A stretch of DNA of 64,000 nt from Vicugna vicugna. Lineage: Eukaryota. Positions 1-13,082 of the stretch are shown in pieces; position 1 is the stretch's first letter; every line of letters starts with the position of its first letter. Both the position numbers and the translations under genes were made by a program. The stretch is from the NCBI GenBank assembly GCA_013265495.1, contig MU058718.1:3061779-3125778 (forward strand). Direction: 5' to 3'. The notes beneath the pieces are model-generated. The model worked only from the letters and a program-made list of their open reading frames with translations. It did no database searches and was not told where the DNA came from.

Positions 1-375
1 ACTCTACCAGGATATAGGCTCCATGAGAACAGGATTTCTGTGTCTTAAATTAAAACAAAACAAAACAGTGAATACTGTTCTTTTCCTTGAATCTAGAAAT
101 GTACCTTAATTGATGCTCAATGAATATTTATGATGCGAAACAGTATATAAATGATAGGCAAGGCTTTGAGAGTAGAGGAAATCTAAGGGAAAAAAATCAA
201 AGTTCAGTGGTCTTGACCCATTTAGAGATGTAACAGTTTGCAAATTAGCAAACTCAAGTAAAGTCATCCTGATTTGGAGGTCTGCCACCATCTTGTCCCA
301 GGGAATTTTGTTATGTAGCAACTGGAAACTTGCCCATGAATATTCAAAAAAACCTCTGGTATGAAACACTTGCAT

Positions 376-393
376 CTAATCTGCTGACAGAGA
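376..393 (-). other. Candidate terminal coding exon segment (exon 5) of putative minus-strand spliced transcript
   Basis: Minus strand reads cctttcttttgaactctttcag|TCT CTG TCA GCA GAT TAG: polypyrimidine tract plus AG, then SLSAD* in phase 0. The 3' extent of the exon is unknown. Confidence 0.2.
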
Positions 394-1254
394 CTGAAAG
401 AGTTCAAAAGAAAGGACTCCAAATTGTGACTTAGTTCTTTTATGAGAGGTATTCGGACATAGGAAGGAAGATAAGAGAGTGTGGGTTTTTGCGTGTTTAC
501 CTTAACCTATTAGCCTAAGGAAGTATCTAAATGCATTTGAGTGTTGTGCTTTTTATAAACTTCCTCTTCCATTCTTGTTTCAATGTAAATGCCTAGTATT
601 TTAAAATTTCCTTCGAGAAGGTTTTTTTAAAACCACAGCTATTAAGATATATCTTTCACTTTTGAATCATTTTCCTTTAAATATTATTTTGTTGACGGTA
701 AAATAATGATTTACTTATGCAACTTATCCATAATTAATTAATTATCTATCTTAAACAACTTAGAATAAATATTCTAAATATTTGCACCCTGTGGCATAGG
801 AGACAGAATGGAGGTATGAGAATCAGGATGAAATAAAAAACATGACACATGAGCTTAGTTCACTGTAAAATCTAATTTGCAAAATTGACTTGGCTTGCAT
901 TGTCTTCTTAAGACGGTCTAATTTTCACTGAGTCTCACACTCTCAGCTAGGTTTTGTGCTAGATGGTGGAGATAAACAGACAAAGCAAGGTGTTCCCTAC
1001 CATGATGGTCTTGCAGCCTCATAAGGTAATGTTTCACTACATCTGAAAGATCTCAAAACTCCTGGAATAAAACCCTTTTTTAGATGTTGAAGGATCATCC
1101 AGAACACGGCTCAAAATGAAAAATCTCTACTCCTCAACCTTCGTTCACTGCAGGCAAACATTTTCCTTCTGTTTGGCCTGACAACTGGAACATGGATTTC
1201 AAGAATAGAACAGGAAGGTCATCACACACGAACAGGGCTGCAGGACCACCTCAC

Positions 1255-1328
1255 CTTTGCGTCATCTTCCAGACCCCTTAGCTCCTCTTGCCTGTGTTCT
1301 CTGTTACCCTTAACCTTAAGACTTGCAC
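1255..1328 (-). other. Candidate internal exon (74 bp, exon 4)
   Basis: Acceptor ggtgtttcag|GT and donor AAG|gtgagg. Only one open frame: (G)ASLKVKGNREHRQEELRGLEDDAK. Confidence 0.35.
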
Positions 1329-1969
1329 CTGAAACACCAGAGTTGAACCCCAGACTTCCAAAAGAATTCCAGTTAAGGAACAAAACCATGTGATAACTAT
1401 TGTCAGCGATATCTAGGAAGCACTCAGAGTGGGCAGTGGTCGGAAGGCTCTGGAGCACTCTTTCAGGAGGCCAGAGCACAAAGTGTGTTCTCGGTTGCAG
1501 TGTTCCAAGGAAATACTTTTCTAGCTAGTCACTGGAACAGCTGGTTGGGGATTTCCCTATTTTCGTTAGACTGAATTAATCTGGCAAGAAAAACAGATGA
1601 ATCTTTAAAACCCTCCTCTCCCCCTCCCCCCAGCAAGTCAGCTGTACCTCGGGAAAGGTAAAAAGCAAACAAGAAGCCAGACTGGTTATTCATCTACCAA
1701 TGACTCAGATGACTGGGTCTTCCTTTCTGGGTTTCCACCACCACGTAAGGAGATTTATGGGGGAAAAAGAAAACAAAATCCATGTTACCGGCTACACACT
1801 CAGTGCCTCTGCTCTCCAAATTCCAAATTCCATTCCAGAACTTAATTCCCCAGATGGAGGACAGATTGGTTATACAGATGGTATGTGCCCCACCTTCAAT
1901 TTGTTCCTCCACCCATCCCCTTCACCCAGCCCAGAGTTCTTAATGATGGCTACATTTCTCCAATGCTAA

Positions 1970-2400
1970 CCATTCATTCATTTTTTTTTCCATTCAACAA
2001 GTACTTGTTAACATCCACTGCATGCCAGGCATAGTGATGAGAATTAAAACAGTGAGAAAAATTGGACAGGGGTTTATAGTCTGTTGGGAAAGGATGACAT
2101 TGGTCAAGGTGTAACACAAATGAGAGCATAACCTGTGTTGGTCAAGGAAAAACACAGTATGAGGAAGGTGTACATAAAAGGACCAGACAGGGACTGAGGT
2201 GGGGGCAGCTCAAGGAGATAGAGCTAAAGGATGAGTCAACCAGGTGAAAACATGCAGAATGGTGAGAGCTGGGCACAGAGAACAGCATGCACTGAGGCCC
2301 TGTGATAAGAGGGAGACTATAACATTAGAAAAACTGAAAGAAGATCAGAGAGGGTAGAATTCAGAGGATAAGGGGGAGAGTAGTGGAAAGTGGAGCTAGA
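1970..2400 (-). mobile_element. L2 LINE 3' fragment
   Basis: cattcattca...ttcaacaagtacttgtt...tgccaggca is the typical reverse-complement L2 tail, followed by purine-rich L2 body. Confidence 0.65.
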
Positions 2401-2404
2401 GCTA

Positions 2405-3478
2405 CCAAAAAAGAGACCTATTAGAACTCATAGGTGAGTTCAGCCAGGTTTCAGGCTACAAGATCAATGTCTGAAAGTCAGTTGTATGTCTACACACTAG
2501 CAATGAACAATCTGAAAATTAAACTAAGAAAACAATTCCATTTACAATAACATCAAAGAGAATAAAATACTTAGGAATAAATTTAACAAAAGAAGTGCAA
2601 GACTTGTACATTGAAAACTACAGAACATTGTTGAAAGAAATTGAAGAAGACCCTAGTAAACAGAAAGTCATCCCATGTTCATGAATTGGAAGAGCTAATA
2701 TTGTTAAGATGGTGGTACTCTCCAAACTGATCTACAGATTCAACACAATCCCTATCAATATTCTAGATGATTTATTCGCAGAAATTAACCAACTGATCCT
2801 AAGATTCATAAAGAAAATCAAGGAACTCAGAAAAGCCAAAACAACTGAAAAGAAAAACAAGTTGAGAGACACATACTTTCCAATTTCAAAACTTACTATG
2901 AAGCTACAATAATCAAGACAGTGTGGTACTGGTACAAAGACAGACATATAGATCAATGAAATAGAACTAAGAGTCCAGAAATAAATCCTCTTATCTTTCT
3001 GGTTAATTGATTCTGACAAGGGTACCAAGATAATTAATAGGAAAAAACAGTCTTTTCAATAAATTCTGCCATAGCAAACGGACATTCATATGCAAAAGAA
3101 TGAAGCTGGTCTTCTACCTCACACCATATACAAAAATTAACTCAAAGTATGTCATCAACCTAAATAAAAGAGCTAAAACTGTAAAATTAGGAGAAGAAAA
3201 CATGGGAGTAAATCTTTTTAACCTTGGATTTGGCGACGGTTTCTTACACATGACAACAAATTCACAGGTGACAAAAGCAAAAAGAGAGAAATTGGACTTT
3301 GTCAAAATTACAAACTTTTGCGCTCCAAAGTACATCATCAAGAAAGTAAAAGGACAACTCACAGATGAGGAGAAAACATTCTCAAATCATGTATCAGATG
3401 AGGGACTTATATCTAAATATATAAAATACTCTTTTACTCAACAATAAGAAAAGGCAAACAATCCAATTAAAAATAGGC
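2405..3478 (+). mobile_element. L1 LINE, decayed ORF2 C-terminal region
   Basis: ORF pieces LIYRFNTIPI and YLTPYTKINSK are diagnostic L1 ORF2 peptides; frameshifts and stops present. Confidence 0.95.
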
Positions 3479-4437
3479 ACAGTCCACACTCAAAAAAAAA
3501 AAAAGAATCTAGACACAAACTTTATACCCGTTATAAAAATTGACTCAAAATGGGTCATACACCTAAAGTGAATGCAAAAGAATAAAACTCCTGGAAGATA
3601 ACAGAGGAGAAATTCTTAGGTGTGGCGATGACATTTGAGATATAACACCAAAGGCATAATCAGTAAAAGAAATAATTGATAAACTGAATGTCATTAAAAT
3701 TAAAAGTGTCTGCTTTGCAAAAGACACTGTCAAGAAAAAGAGAAGACAAGTCACAGATTGGGAGAAAATATTTGCAGATGATATACCTGATACTTAGACT
3801 GTTCTCTAAAATACATAAAGTACTCTAAAACTCAAAAAAAAATTAAATAAAAACTGAAAAAAAAAGACCTGAACAGATAACTTACCAAAGAAAGTACACA
3901 GATGACAAATAAGCATATGAAAAGATGCTCAACATTGTAAGTCATTAGGGAACTGTGAACTCAGATAACAATGAGATACCACTGCACACCTAATAGAATG
4001 GCCAACGTCCAAAACACTGACAATACTGAATGCAGACAAGGTTTCAGAGCAACAGGAACTTCACTGTCCTTCACTAAGTAATAGACAAATAGACTGAGGT
4101 ACATCCATACAATGGAATATTAGTCAGCATGAAATGAGCTATCAAGCCATGGAAAGACGTGGTGGAAACTTAAATGAAAGAAAGTGAAAGAAGCCAATCT
4201 GGAAAAGGCTACATACTGCATGATTCCAACGATATGACGTTCTGGAAAGGGCAAAACTAGAGACAGTAAAAAGTTCCGTAGTTTCCACGGGTTAGAAGGG
4301 AGGGAGAAGATGGAGAATTGTGAGATAGGCTGTGCATGTGTAGGAGCAAGAGGTACACAGAAACTCTACGTACTTTCCACTCAGTTTTGCTGTGAACTTA
4401 AAACTGCTTTAAAAAATTAAAGTCTACGTTTAAAAAA
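3479..4437 (+). mobile_element. Second L1 fragment (L1MC-like), ORF2 end and 3' UTR
   Basis: Restarts at gaatctagacacaaac...aattgactcaaaatgg, repeating an ORF2 segment already covered by the previous fragment; ends ttttgctgtgaacttaaaactgctttaaaaaattaaagtct. Confidence 0.85.
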
Positions 4438-5275
4438 CCCACCCAAATAAGAAATCCCATTACCTACATCACTCCACGATGCAAAATGTTCTCCCTGAAA
4501 CTGCTAGGCTGGCTTATGAGTGATCAAAACTAGAAACTAGAATATTTCCAAAAAACTTAAAAGAAATATGGACAAGAATTTGAGAAGACATGCTTTAATG
4601 GGATGAATTTTATGTATGTAAATTTTATCTCGGTGTTTTTTAAGGGGGTTTAGAAAGGTTGGCAGATACTAGACTTGGCAGGCACTGTGAGGCTCAGAAG
4701 TACTGAACTCCCCTGCCTTAACCAGAAGATGACTGAACAGGCTCAAAATGTCCCTGTAGCTCCCTGAGCCTTGGAAGAGAAAACTATCCAGCACATCTAA
4801 ACTGCATAGCTCACGTGCAGTGGGGGATGAACGGCTGGGTTTCCACTGACTGTGGATGCACTGTCCACTGCTCTTCCCTTCCCCGGAAGTGGGATCTTTA
4901 TTTCCTGACCCGCTGCTCCCAGGGCTGTGTTCTCTACTGGAGAGTACCTGGCACAACCTTCTCATCTTATCTGGGCTCCTGTTCCTCCATCCAGCTCATC
5001 AGTTTTTTGTAAAACAAGCAGGAAAGCATGCCCTTTTGGGTCACACCAATGACCCTGCTGCTCAGCTGCAGTGTAGGTCTTTGTCCAGCTGCTCCCTGTC
5101 CCACTTCCTGTGGCAGCGGATATTGATTTTTCTCATGACAAAGCGAGTATTCACCCGTCTGGGAGGCTGAGAATTTTAATCCCCAGTTTTCGGGGAAGCA
5201 TCATGATCCTGACAACTTCTTTAAGTAAAATGCTACAGAAGGAAAAGCTAAATAAAGTGACTGCTGTCTGGGCAG

Positions 5276-5336
5276 AGGAGAGAGAGAGATAGAGAGAGGG
5301 AGAGAGAGAGGGGGAGAGAGAGAGAGGGAGAGAGAG
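5276..5336. repeat. (GA)n/(GGGA) purine microsatellite
   Basis: Directly visible in the sequence. Confidence 0.95.
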
Positions 5337-5921
5337 CTTTACATAGACCTGACAGGTATTCAAAATAGGAAAAGTAGAAAGAAGATTTCAAAAAGCAAGC
5401 ATCTCAGATGGTCCTCCAAGGAATGAATTCCCTGAAGCCAGGATCTAGGTACTTTTCCAATAAAAATCCAACCATCACAAGGAACAACTCATTGTCTAAT
5501 CATCCGGCACTGTCATGACTGACCTTCAAGTGCTGGTGACTAAATCGCACGCTGCCATGGGTAGGGTGAGAAAGTCCCCCGTTTCCTCAGTGGTGATATT
5601 GAATGTGAAAATGCTGCTTATGTGGAAGAAGTTGGTTTTAGCATACGGTTCAGGAATAAAATAACCAGTTGGTAGCCTTTGGAATGAACTGATCTCAAGC
5701 CATTTGAACTGTGTGAACAAGTCTGTGCAGGCAGACAGGAACTGGGTGAGTTTTCTGTGTGCCCCCACCCTCCAGTGATTTGCCTTCTTGGTTGTGCAAG
5801 GAGCTGGCAGAGTTGCCTCACCCCAGCACAACACCAGGCAATCCAAGGCTGCAAGGTCAGTTCTCTCCCCACCCACCCGGGAGTGGCAATTCTGCTGGCC
5901 CTCATAACATTCTCCTCCTTT

Positions 5922-6438
5922 TGTAACAGGGAAGAACAAATCTGACTTCATATTAAATCTGTTCCTTCAGCTCTAAACCTGTGCTGTTTCCCGGGCTTAG
6001 TCATGCTGGTTCTGCACCTTTTGTAAAAGAATGTTGCCCATAGCCTGAAATATACAGGATCGCCCATTCTCAACACTCTGACCTTTAAGGTTTAACACTT
6101 TTCCATTCACACAGAGATAAAAAGTTGCAGAACAGAGAATAACATTTGTCTTGTTGGAGGTTTACAGGAACATCATGACCTGACCTACGTGGACAGCTGC
6201 AAGAATAAAGGATTCCAACACCTAGAAGTTTGCAACAACCAATCACAGCCACTCCCCTTTTTTAGTATAAAAAGAGCCTGAACTCTGACTTCGGTAAGAT
6301 GGTTCTTTGTATACTAGTCCATCATCTCCTCAGTCTGCAGGCTTTCTGAATAAAGTGGCTATTCCTTGCTCCAACAACTCATGTCTCGATTTATTGGCCT
6401 GTCATACGGTGAGCAGTACGAGCTTGGACTTGGTAACA
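5922..6438 (+). mobile_element. Solo LTR, ERV1-like (517 bp)
   Basis: Termini TGTAACAG...GGTAACA; TATAAAAA at 6266; AATAAA at 6349; imperfect 4-bp flanking repeat cttt/ctat. Confidence 0.85.
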
Positions 6439-6490
6439 CTATTGGTCTCACTACCATTGAGATAAAGGGATCTGCACTGAGGAAACTCAC

Positions 6491-6573
6491 CAGCAGTGAA
6501 AACCGAAAATGAGGGGAGCTGACCAGTGTACAGTGACATGAGGCACAACCTCAGCAGGACCCAGAGATGCTCT
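6491..6573 (-). other. Candidate internal exon (83 bp, exon 3)
   Basis: Acceptor ctcctctactccgcgttcag| and strong donor CTG|gtgagt. Confidence 0.35.
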
Positions 6574-7684
6574 CTGAACGCGGAGTAGAGGAGATGGATG
6601 GCATCCTAGGAATGGCCAGGGAACTTGGCCCTGAGGACTTGGGAATGTCCGCATTTTGAGGCCAGGACATTTACTAATAGAGGTCAAGAGGATGTTCTTT
6701 TTTTAAAAGATGGCATTAGTAGGTATGACAAACCAGGTAGAAATATCTGAAGATGGTTATTTCAAGCTTTCCAATGTGGTGAATGGGTTAAAGATCATCC
6801 ACATTTAGTGAGACTCAGTAGTAGGTCCAGTAGGATGTAGACAGAGAGGCAGCCGAGAGCTCCCTGCATTTGGCATCTTACTCTGATTCTGAGCTAATAG
6901 CCTCGGGAAAAATAATTAATGAATGCTATTCAGGACGACTCATACAAATGCAATGTGGAACCTGTTTTTATCCAGATTTTTTTTGTTTGTTTTCCCTAAG
7001 GCAGCTTTTCTGTAAATCAAACCACCCTGAGAAATAAATCCTGTAAACACTGCCAAAGAATTGCCAAAGGCCCTTCAGTAGAGCAATTCCCCACCAACTT
7101 GTCCTTTCCCAGAAAGAACTTTAGGCTCTTCTCGAAGCACAAGAACCTAAGTGGGCCTTGGCTTTGTTCACATGCCATTGCGATCCCCCTGAATGGTGTG
7201 CCCCTTGTCACAGGGTTACACCGAGGTAAAATTGAGAGAGCGACCAGAGGCGTGCATCCCAAGCACTGGCAAACATGGAAGACACAGACATAGTGTTTAT
7301 AGGACACACCACTTTCCAAACTGCTTTAGGGGAACATTCTTCAGTGACCTCAAAGGACTGAATGTTTACAACATTTGCTGATGGCCCGGCACTGGGTTGA
7401 CAAAGATTACAAAATGAATGGGCTTTAGGATAACCAAAGACCAAGTTCTGTCTTTTTACTGCTGTCACTGTTAGAAGGTTAATTGTGGTTTTCAGTACTG
7501 AACCCAGTTGATGACAGGTTCTATACAGATATGGCAGAATGATGTTGATCCTTCTATCTGAAAGACTCAGAAGTAAAAAGTTCCTAGAGACAAGCAATTT
7601 GCTTAAAGATTAAAGGTTTAATGTTGAAGAAAGTAATAAAATCCACAACTTCAGTTGCAGTATCTGTCACTTGTTTTTAAAACC

Positions 7685-8110
7685 AGTCAACAAATATTTA
7701 CTGAATACATACTAAGTTTCTGACATGATTTATAGACACATACAAAGCAGTTAGTCTCTGCTATTAGGGGCTTAAAGTCATGTTGGAGGGTTTCGCATAA
7801 ACACACACAAACACAATCCAACAATCCGAAATATCATGTAATCTCCAAATGAAAGGCACTGCTGGAAGTGATAATACAAGAAGTAATATTGGAGCTGCAA
7901 GGAGGAAGACTGCAGAAATTTTCATGGAGAGTCCCATGTAAGGGGAAGAAAGAACTGACATTGTACCTGGTAAATATGGGGCAGGATTTTTCCGAGCAGA
8001 GATGAAGGGAGAAGTTATTCCAGGCAGGAGGGGAGTGATGGCCAGGCGTAAAAGGCAGGAAGGTCAAAAATGGGTCTAGGCAACAGGGAGCCAGCAGACT
8101 AGCCATGGCA
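7685..8110 (-). mobile_element. L2 fragments
   Basis: tcaacaaatatttactgaa tail plus purine-rich body. Confidence 0.55.
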
Positions 8111-8284
8111 AAGGGGATGAGGATGCAAATGGTGGCTCTTATGCCTCGAAAAGTAGCTTGAGTCAGACTGAGGACGTCAGAAGTACATAATATCCATTTA
8201 TCTTATTACCGGTGATGTTAACCTTGATCACTTTGTTAAGGTAATATTGGCTAGGTCTCTACACTGCAAATTTACAAAAATCAA

Positions 8285-8739
8285 TGGAGGAGATGCAACA
8301 CATTTTTAAGTTTAATCTACATTATTAGCATTTTCCCATAATTACCTCTACAGAATCAACAAAACAATAAATTGAATCCAGTTGTAGCATTTGCCAGTTT
8401 CCGTGGTGTCAATTCTCCCACCGTGGCCAACATCAAGCTTCCAGTGTGACCCTTGAAAGTGGAGCTGGGAAGAGGTACCCAGCAGCACATCAGTGTACAG
8501 TAGGCCCGTCATCCCTGCAGGAGATGTACATAACCTCCAGAGCATAGGTAATAGCAAAACATCATGCAGTAAGTAGCATATGATGAGTACTTATTAGCTT
8601 CGTGTAGAATACAATTTACTGGTGAGTTTATATAATTTAATTTTTAACAGTGACTGTGTTTAACAACAGCCTCCCCAAATCCCTGAAAACCTCACAGTTG
8701 GCTCTCATGACCCAGTAGGAGCGACTCCAGACCCCGCTG
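8285..8739. mobile_element. MER63-like hAT-Blackjack non-autonomous DNA transposon
   Basis: tgtagcatttgccagtttccgtggtgtcaattctcccacc, and an end (ttaacaacagcc...ggctctcatgacccagtaggagcgactccagaccccgctg) resembling the MER63 terminus. Confidence 0.7.
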
Positions 8740-9254
8740 CAGGCAACACTGCCTGGAAGCAGGTGGCCCACCCAGGGCATCCTGTCGCCAGGCTGGAAGT
8801 GAGCAGTAAAATCTCTCTTAGATCCCTGGGGTCTGGCATACGTTCCAGCCAGAGGAAATGTGTGCTTTAACTTGAAGAAAGAGTGAAAACAATTGTGTGG
8901 GCTCTTCATTACAAGATATGCCAGGTGCCTCTGCCAGATGAGATATTTAAGATGTGTCTCTCAGCCTACAGGGGTCTGTGCTGAGATGTTGGGACTAGGA
9001 GACAAAAACCCCGATTTTATACTTCTTACTTGCTTGGGGAGAAATTTCAGTTCTTTTTTCCACATCCTTAAGGGTGAGATGATAGCTGGTGGGTATAGAA
9101 TAAATAGACAGATATAAGCAATACTGATAAAACGCCTAGCCCAGTCTGTAGACAAAGTAGCAGTCACCCTCTTATGTATATGTGTGTGTGTGCATATATA
9201 TACGACACACATACGTATGAATGCATATGCATGTGTGTATTTTTTAAGTAGTAG

Positions 9255-9475
9255 GTACTTCTGTAATGCTTACTAAATGGTAGTACTTTACATGCATTAA
9301 CAACTCATTTAACTGTCATAAGAACCCTGCAGTATTATTGTTGTTGTTATTATTACCCTCTTTTAATAGCCACGTAAACTAAGGCATAGGGAAGTTACAT
9401 AACTTGCCCAAGGCCAGAAAGCTGCTAGGAAGTGTAGTAGCCAGGATTAGAGAAGCCAAGTTGTCTACCACCATA
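9255..9475 (-). mobile_element. MIR SINE
   Basis: Core-like aaactaaggcatagggaagttacataacttgcccaaggcca. Confidence 0.7.
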
Positions 9476-11126
9476 ATTAAGACGTGTTTCCAGACATTAT
9501 AATGTGTTACTTTTCTTCTTCATTTAGAGAAAAGGCATGAAAAGGAAACACAAAACACCATATTCTGAGATTGATTGCTGTCCTGCCAGCACGTCCCACA
9601 AAGCAGACTATTGATTCTGTGTGTTTCAGAAGGAATGGCTTGCGATGGTTACAGTGAGTTTCTGAACATGAGGCGTGGGGAAGAGCCCTTAGAGTGAAGC
9701 TGACCGAGAGAGCAGCGCCCTTTGCCAGGAAAGTTCTCTGCTGAGCCCTTGACGGCAAGCGAGGACTGATGGCCATGCGAGCACTGAATCCACAAGGCTT
9801 TCTGGTTGCTCCTCCACTGACTGACTAGTTCTGCTGGAAGGTCTCTCCGCACTGACATGATGCAGTCCCATTCTACTCTGATATGAAGGAGTCGGAGCAT
9901 ATCAGAACAATCAAGTGATTTCATTTACATTTTCAAAGTAGGTATTAGGACCTCTGGTTTTTAAACTTTTTGTGAGGGGAGTAAGAAGCCTTTTGAGGTT
10001 TTTTTTTTTTTTCCCATATGCAATTTTACACTGAAGTCCAATATCTAAAAGACAGAAAAAAAAGCAAGGCAGCTGGTTGTCACTGTTTTGGGGCCTCGGG
10101 TGGTGCTCTGCCTTTGGGGATATATTCAGTGGCTCCTGAAACATCTCCTAGAGTGCAGAGGTTTCATAGTCCGGATGGAAAACTACAAGCTCTGTTTTAA
10201 ATGCCTCATCTTATAGCTGAAGACCTGAGAAACAGAAAGGGAAGGTGATTTTCCCAAAGCCACACAGCAGGCACAGCCCGGCTGAGAATCTGCCAGTTCC
10301 CAGTGCTCCTAGTGCCTTGTGTCTCACATCCTGGTGTTACTGACATTGCTGCTCTCTGGGGACCAGCCGGGGAGAGACAACATAGGTGTCTGTGAGCCAA
10401 GAAGTCACTCACATCTCTCAGCTGGTGACCCACTGGTCAAAGTGGGAATTCACCCACCAATCCCAGGGTATAAACAGGAGAAACTGGCAATTGCTGACCA
10501 GTGTGGCTCTGCCACCCAGCCCTGATGAAAGGTTCCCATTCTGTCTACAGAACAGGTGCTGAGACGAGGAGTCATATTTTACAGTAATGGAAGCCGTTTT
10601 GATGTCTGCCTCGCCCATCTGTCTTCCATAAAGGTGCAGCAGGCTTCCCTCTTTATCTGGCGGGAAGATACAGTTATTTTTATTGTCAAGAGCATAAAAT
10701 ATATAGAGCCGCTTGAACAGGCTTTTTTGGAATGCAGAGAGTAGCTGCTCAGCACAAAGCTACTGTTAAATATTTTGTAAGGCTTTCATAATTCATGAAA
10801 CCTGTTATTCATAGAGGTTTTTCTCGAGACCCCATTGGGAATCCCAGATTGCTTGTATCAGGAGCAGAGAAAGAAGACAGGGCTACTTTCCTTCTGGGTC
10901 TGCCTATCTGATCTATTTATCTCATCCCCCAAATATTTACATAGGGCTCTCTCGTGATTACTAACTTGCCTAGCGGTAACCTGTTTCTTGCCCCAGACTC
11001 TGGATGTTTTGGAATAGGTTGTTTAACTATCTCAAGCCCTGGTTTATTAATTCACGTAAAGGATCAGTCTGGGTGTTGTCATGAGGACTACACTGAATTA
11101 ATGTTTATAAACCATGGTGATGTTCT

Positions 11127-11581
11127 CAGATGAAAGATGCTCGGTGAATATAAAACCAGCCGTGATGATTAATGCATGGTCTTTGCCAATGAGATTATTT
11201 AAATGATGGAACAGAGGCTACTATTTTAATCACATAGAGCCTCACAGAAGTTTCAAAGCACTTTTCCGACACTAAATCACGGCAAGTGCTATTTAATCCT
11301 CACTTGAGAGACTGAGAAGTTGAAGCACCGTAATGTTTGTGCTTTACCCATACAGATGAAAGATGCTCGGTGAATATAAAAATACTCAGCCGTGATGATT
11401 AATGCATGGTCTTTGCCAATGAGATTATTTAAATGATGGAACAGAGGCTACTATTTTAATCACATAGAGCCTCACAGAAGTTTCAAAGCACTTTTCCGAC
11501 ACTAAATCACGGCAAGTGCTATTTAATCCTCACTTGAGAGACTGAGAAGTTGAAGCACCGTAATGTTTGTGCTTTACCCAT
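11127..11581. repeat. Near-perfect tandem duplication (225 bp + 229 bp)
   Basis: 11127-11351 and 11353-11581 read identically except tataaaaccagc versus tataaaaatactcagc. Confidence 0.97.
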
Positions 11582-11984
11582 GGGCAGGGGTTAAATTTTA
11601 CTGTGGAAAAGTTATCAGTGTTGCATCTCTTCTGGGACACTGTTCCCCAGACTTATATACCTTGTCCCTCTTGCTGGGAATTTTGTAAAACATCCTCCGC
11701 TGAGGCAGTCTCCCTGGAGAAGGATTGCAGAGCCCACAGGAAATTCACTTAGCAAGCATTTATTGAGTACTGGAGATAAAAAGATGAGAGACATAATCCA
11801 TGTTCTCAAAGCCCTTATGATTCAGAGAGAGGCGGAGGAGCCAGCATGTGTGATCTGACGTTGAGATAGGGCCACGCGAGCAAACGGGAGGAGAGGATCC
11901 AACAGAGAGTAAAGGGAGTGTAGGGACAACATAAGAAGCAATGTTCTGTTTGTTGGCAAATGTGCCTCGTTCATGAGTCTTAAT

Positions 11985-12372
11985 TTAGGTTCCCTCAGAA
12001 GCAGATGTCGTGGCAAGGATTTGAGGTTTATAAAGAGGTTTATTTAGCAGGTAAGAAAGCACCGCTGGGTGACGGGAAAGTGAGACAGGGAAGAGGAGGC
12101 AGCTGTCATTGTGGGTAACCAGGACTTGTTTCTGGGGAGACACACACACCACAGAGCCATCCCCTCAAGGGGCAAGGTAGCTGGAGTGTTAATATCCCAA
12201 CTCCTACCAGCTACTGAAGGGGGACTGCCCCAGGGGACAGTAACTCTTGCCTGTGGAGTATATGGCAAAGTGGGATGCAGACACCAGAGAAAGTCTTTGA
12301 ATAAAGAGGTGGTGGCAGTTGTAAGTCTCGTGCGCACTTAGGGATAAGGGTGAGGGGTACCCAGGGTCCACA
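11985..12372 (-). mobile_element. Ancient ERVL-type LTR (LTR16-like)
   Basis: ggttccctcagaagcaga...caaggatttgag...tttatt...aagtgagacagggaagaggaggcagc pattern; subfamily uncertain. Confidence 0.55.
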
Positions 12373-13082
12373 GTGACTGCTCCACCTTTTAAAGAAAATC
12401 ACCACTGGAATGAAAAGTGCTCTATTCTCTAGAGCATCCCCTTGGCTCTCTGGCTTAGAGACAGCTATTTAGCTGTACATTTCAGTTGGTAGAGGACAGT
12501 CACTGTTAATAAGTGCAAGGACAACCCTGTGGGGGAGGACGGGTTAAGAAGGAAAGACCAAGTAATGACTTACTACTCATAATTGTACAAAAGACCCAGC
12601 TCTCCCCTCTTGCCCTTCACATCTCAAAATAGGCGTCTCCTCCTTGGCCTTCGTCTTGACCCTCCTGGTCCCCCCGCAGAACTCAGAGCTCACGCCTTTC
12701 CTGGTGGTTGTAACATCTACTTGAGCTTTTGTATTTACTCGTCCTTCTCCTTCAAGAGACTCAACTTCCTGAAGGCAGAGTCGTGCCTAACAGAGAAACT
12801 TTCAAGAGATGCATGTGACCTCCTTTTAAAGGAGCAAAAATTATATATCTTTTCTGTTTTACTACTTTCCCCTTAGAGCGAGCGTATGGGAGCAGGGGAA
12901 TGTATGCCGTGCTCCAGAAGAAACATGAGATGAGTCTTGAGGTCGGCGGTCCTAATGCAACGAGCACAAAAGGAGACAGAAGGAAGTGAGGTCCACCGGA
13001 ATGATGTGTACTAGCAGTTAAAATCAAGCAGTGAAAAGTATAACATCATGTGAAGAAAGAAGGGTCTTTAAAGACAAGCCTA

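Noticed and set aside
2709..3447. L1 ORF2-like ORFs as functional CDS
   Set aside because: Fragmented by stops and frameshifts; recorded as a dead L1.
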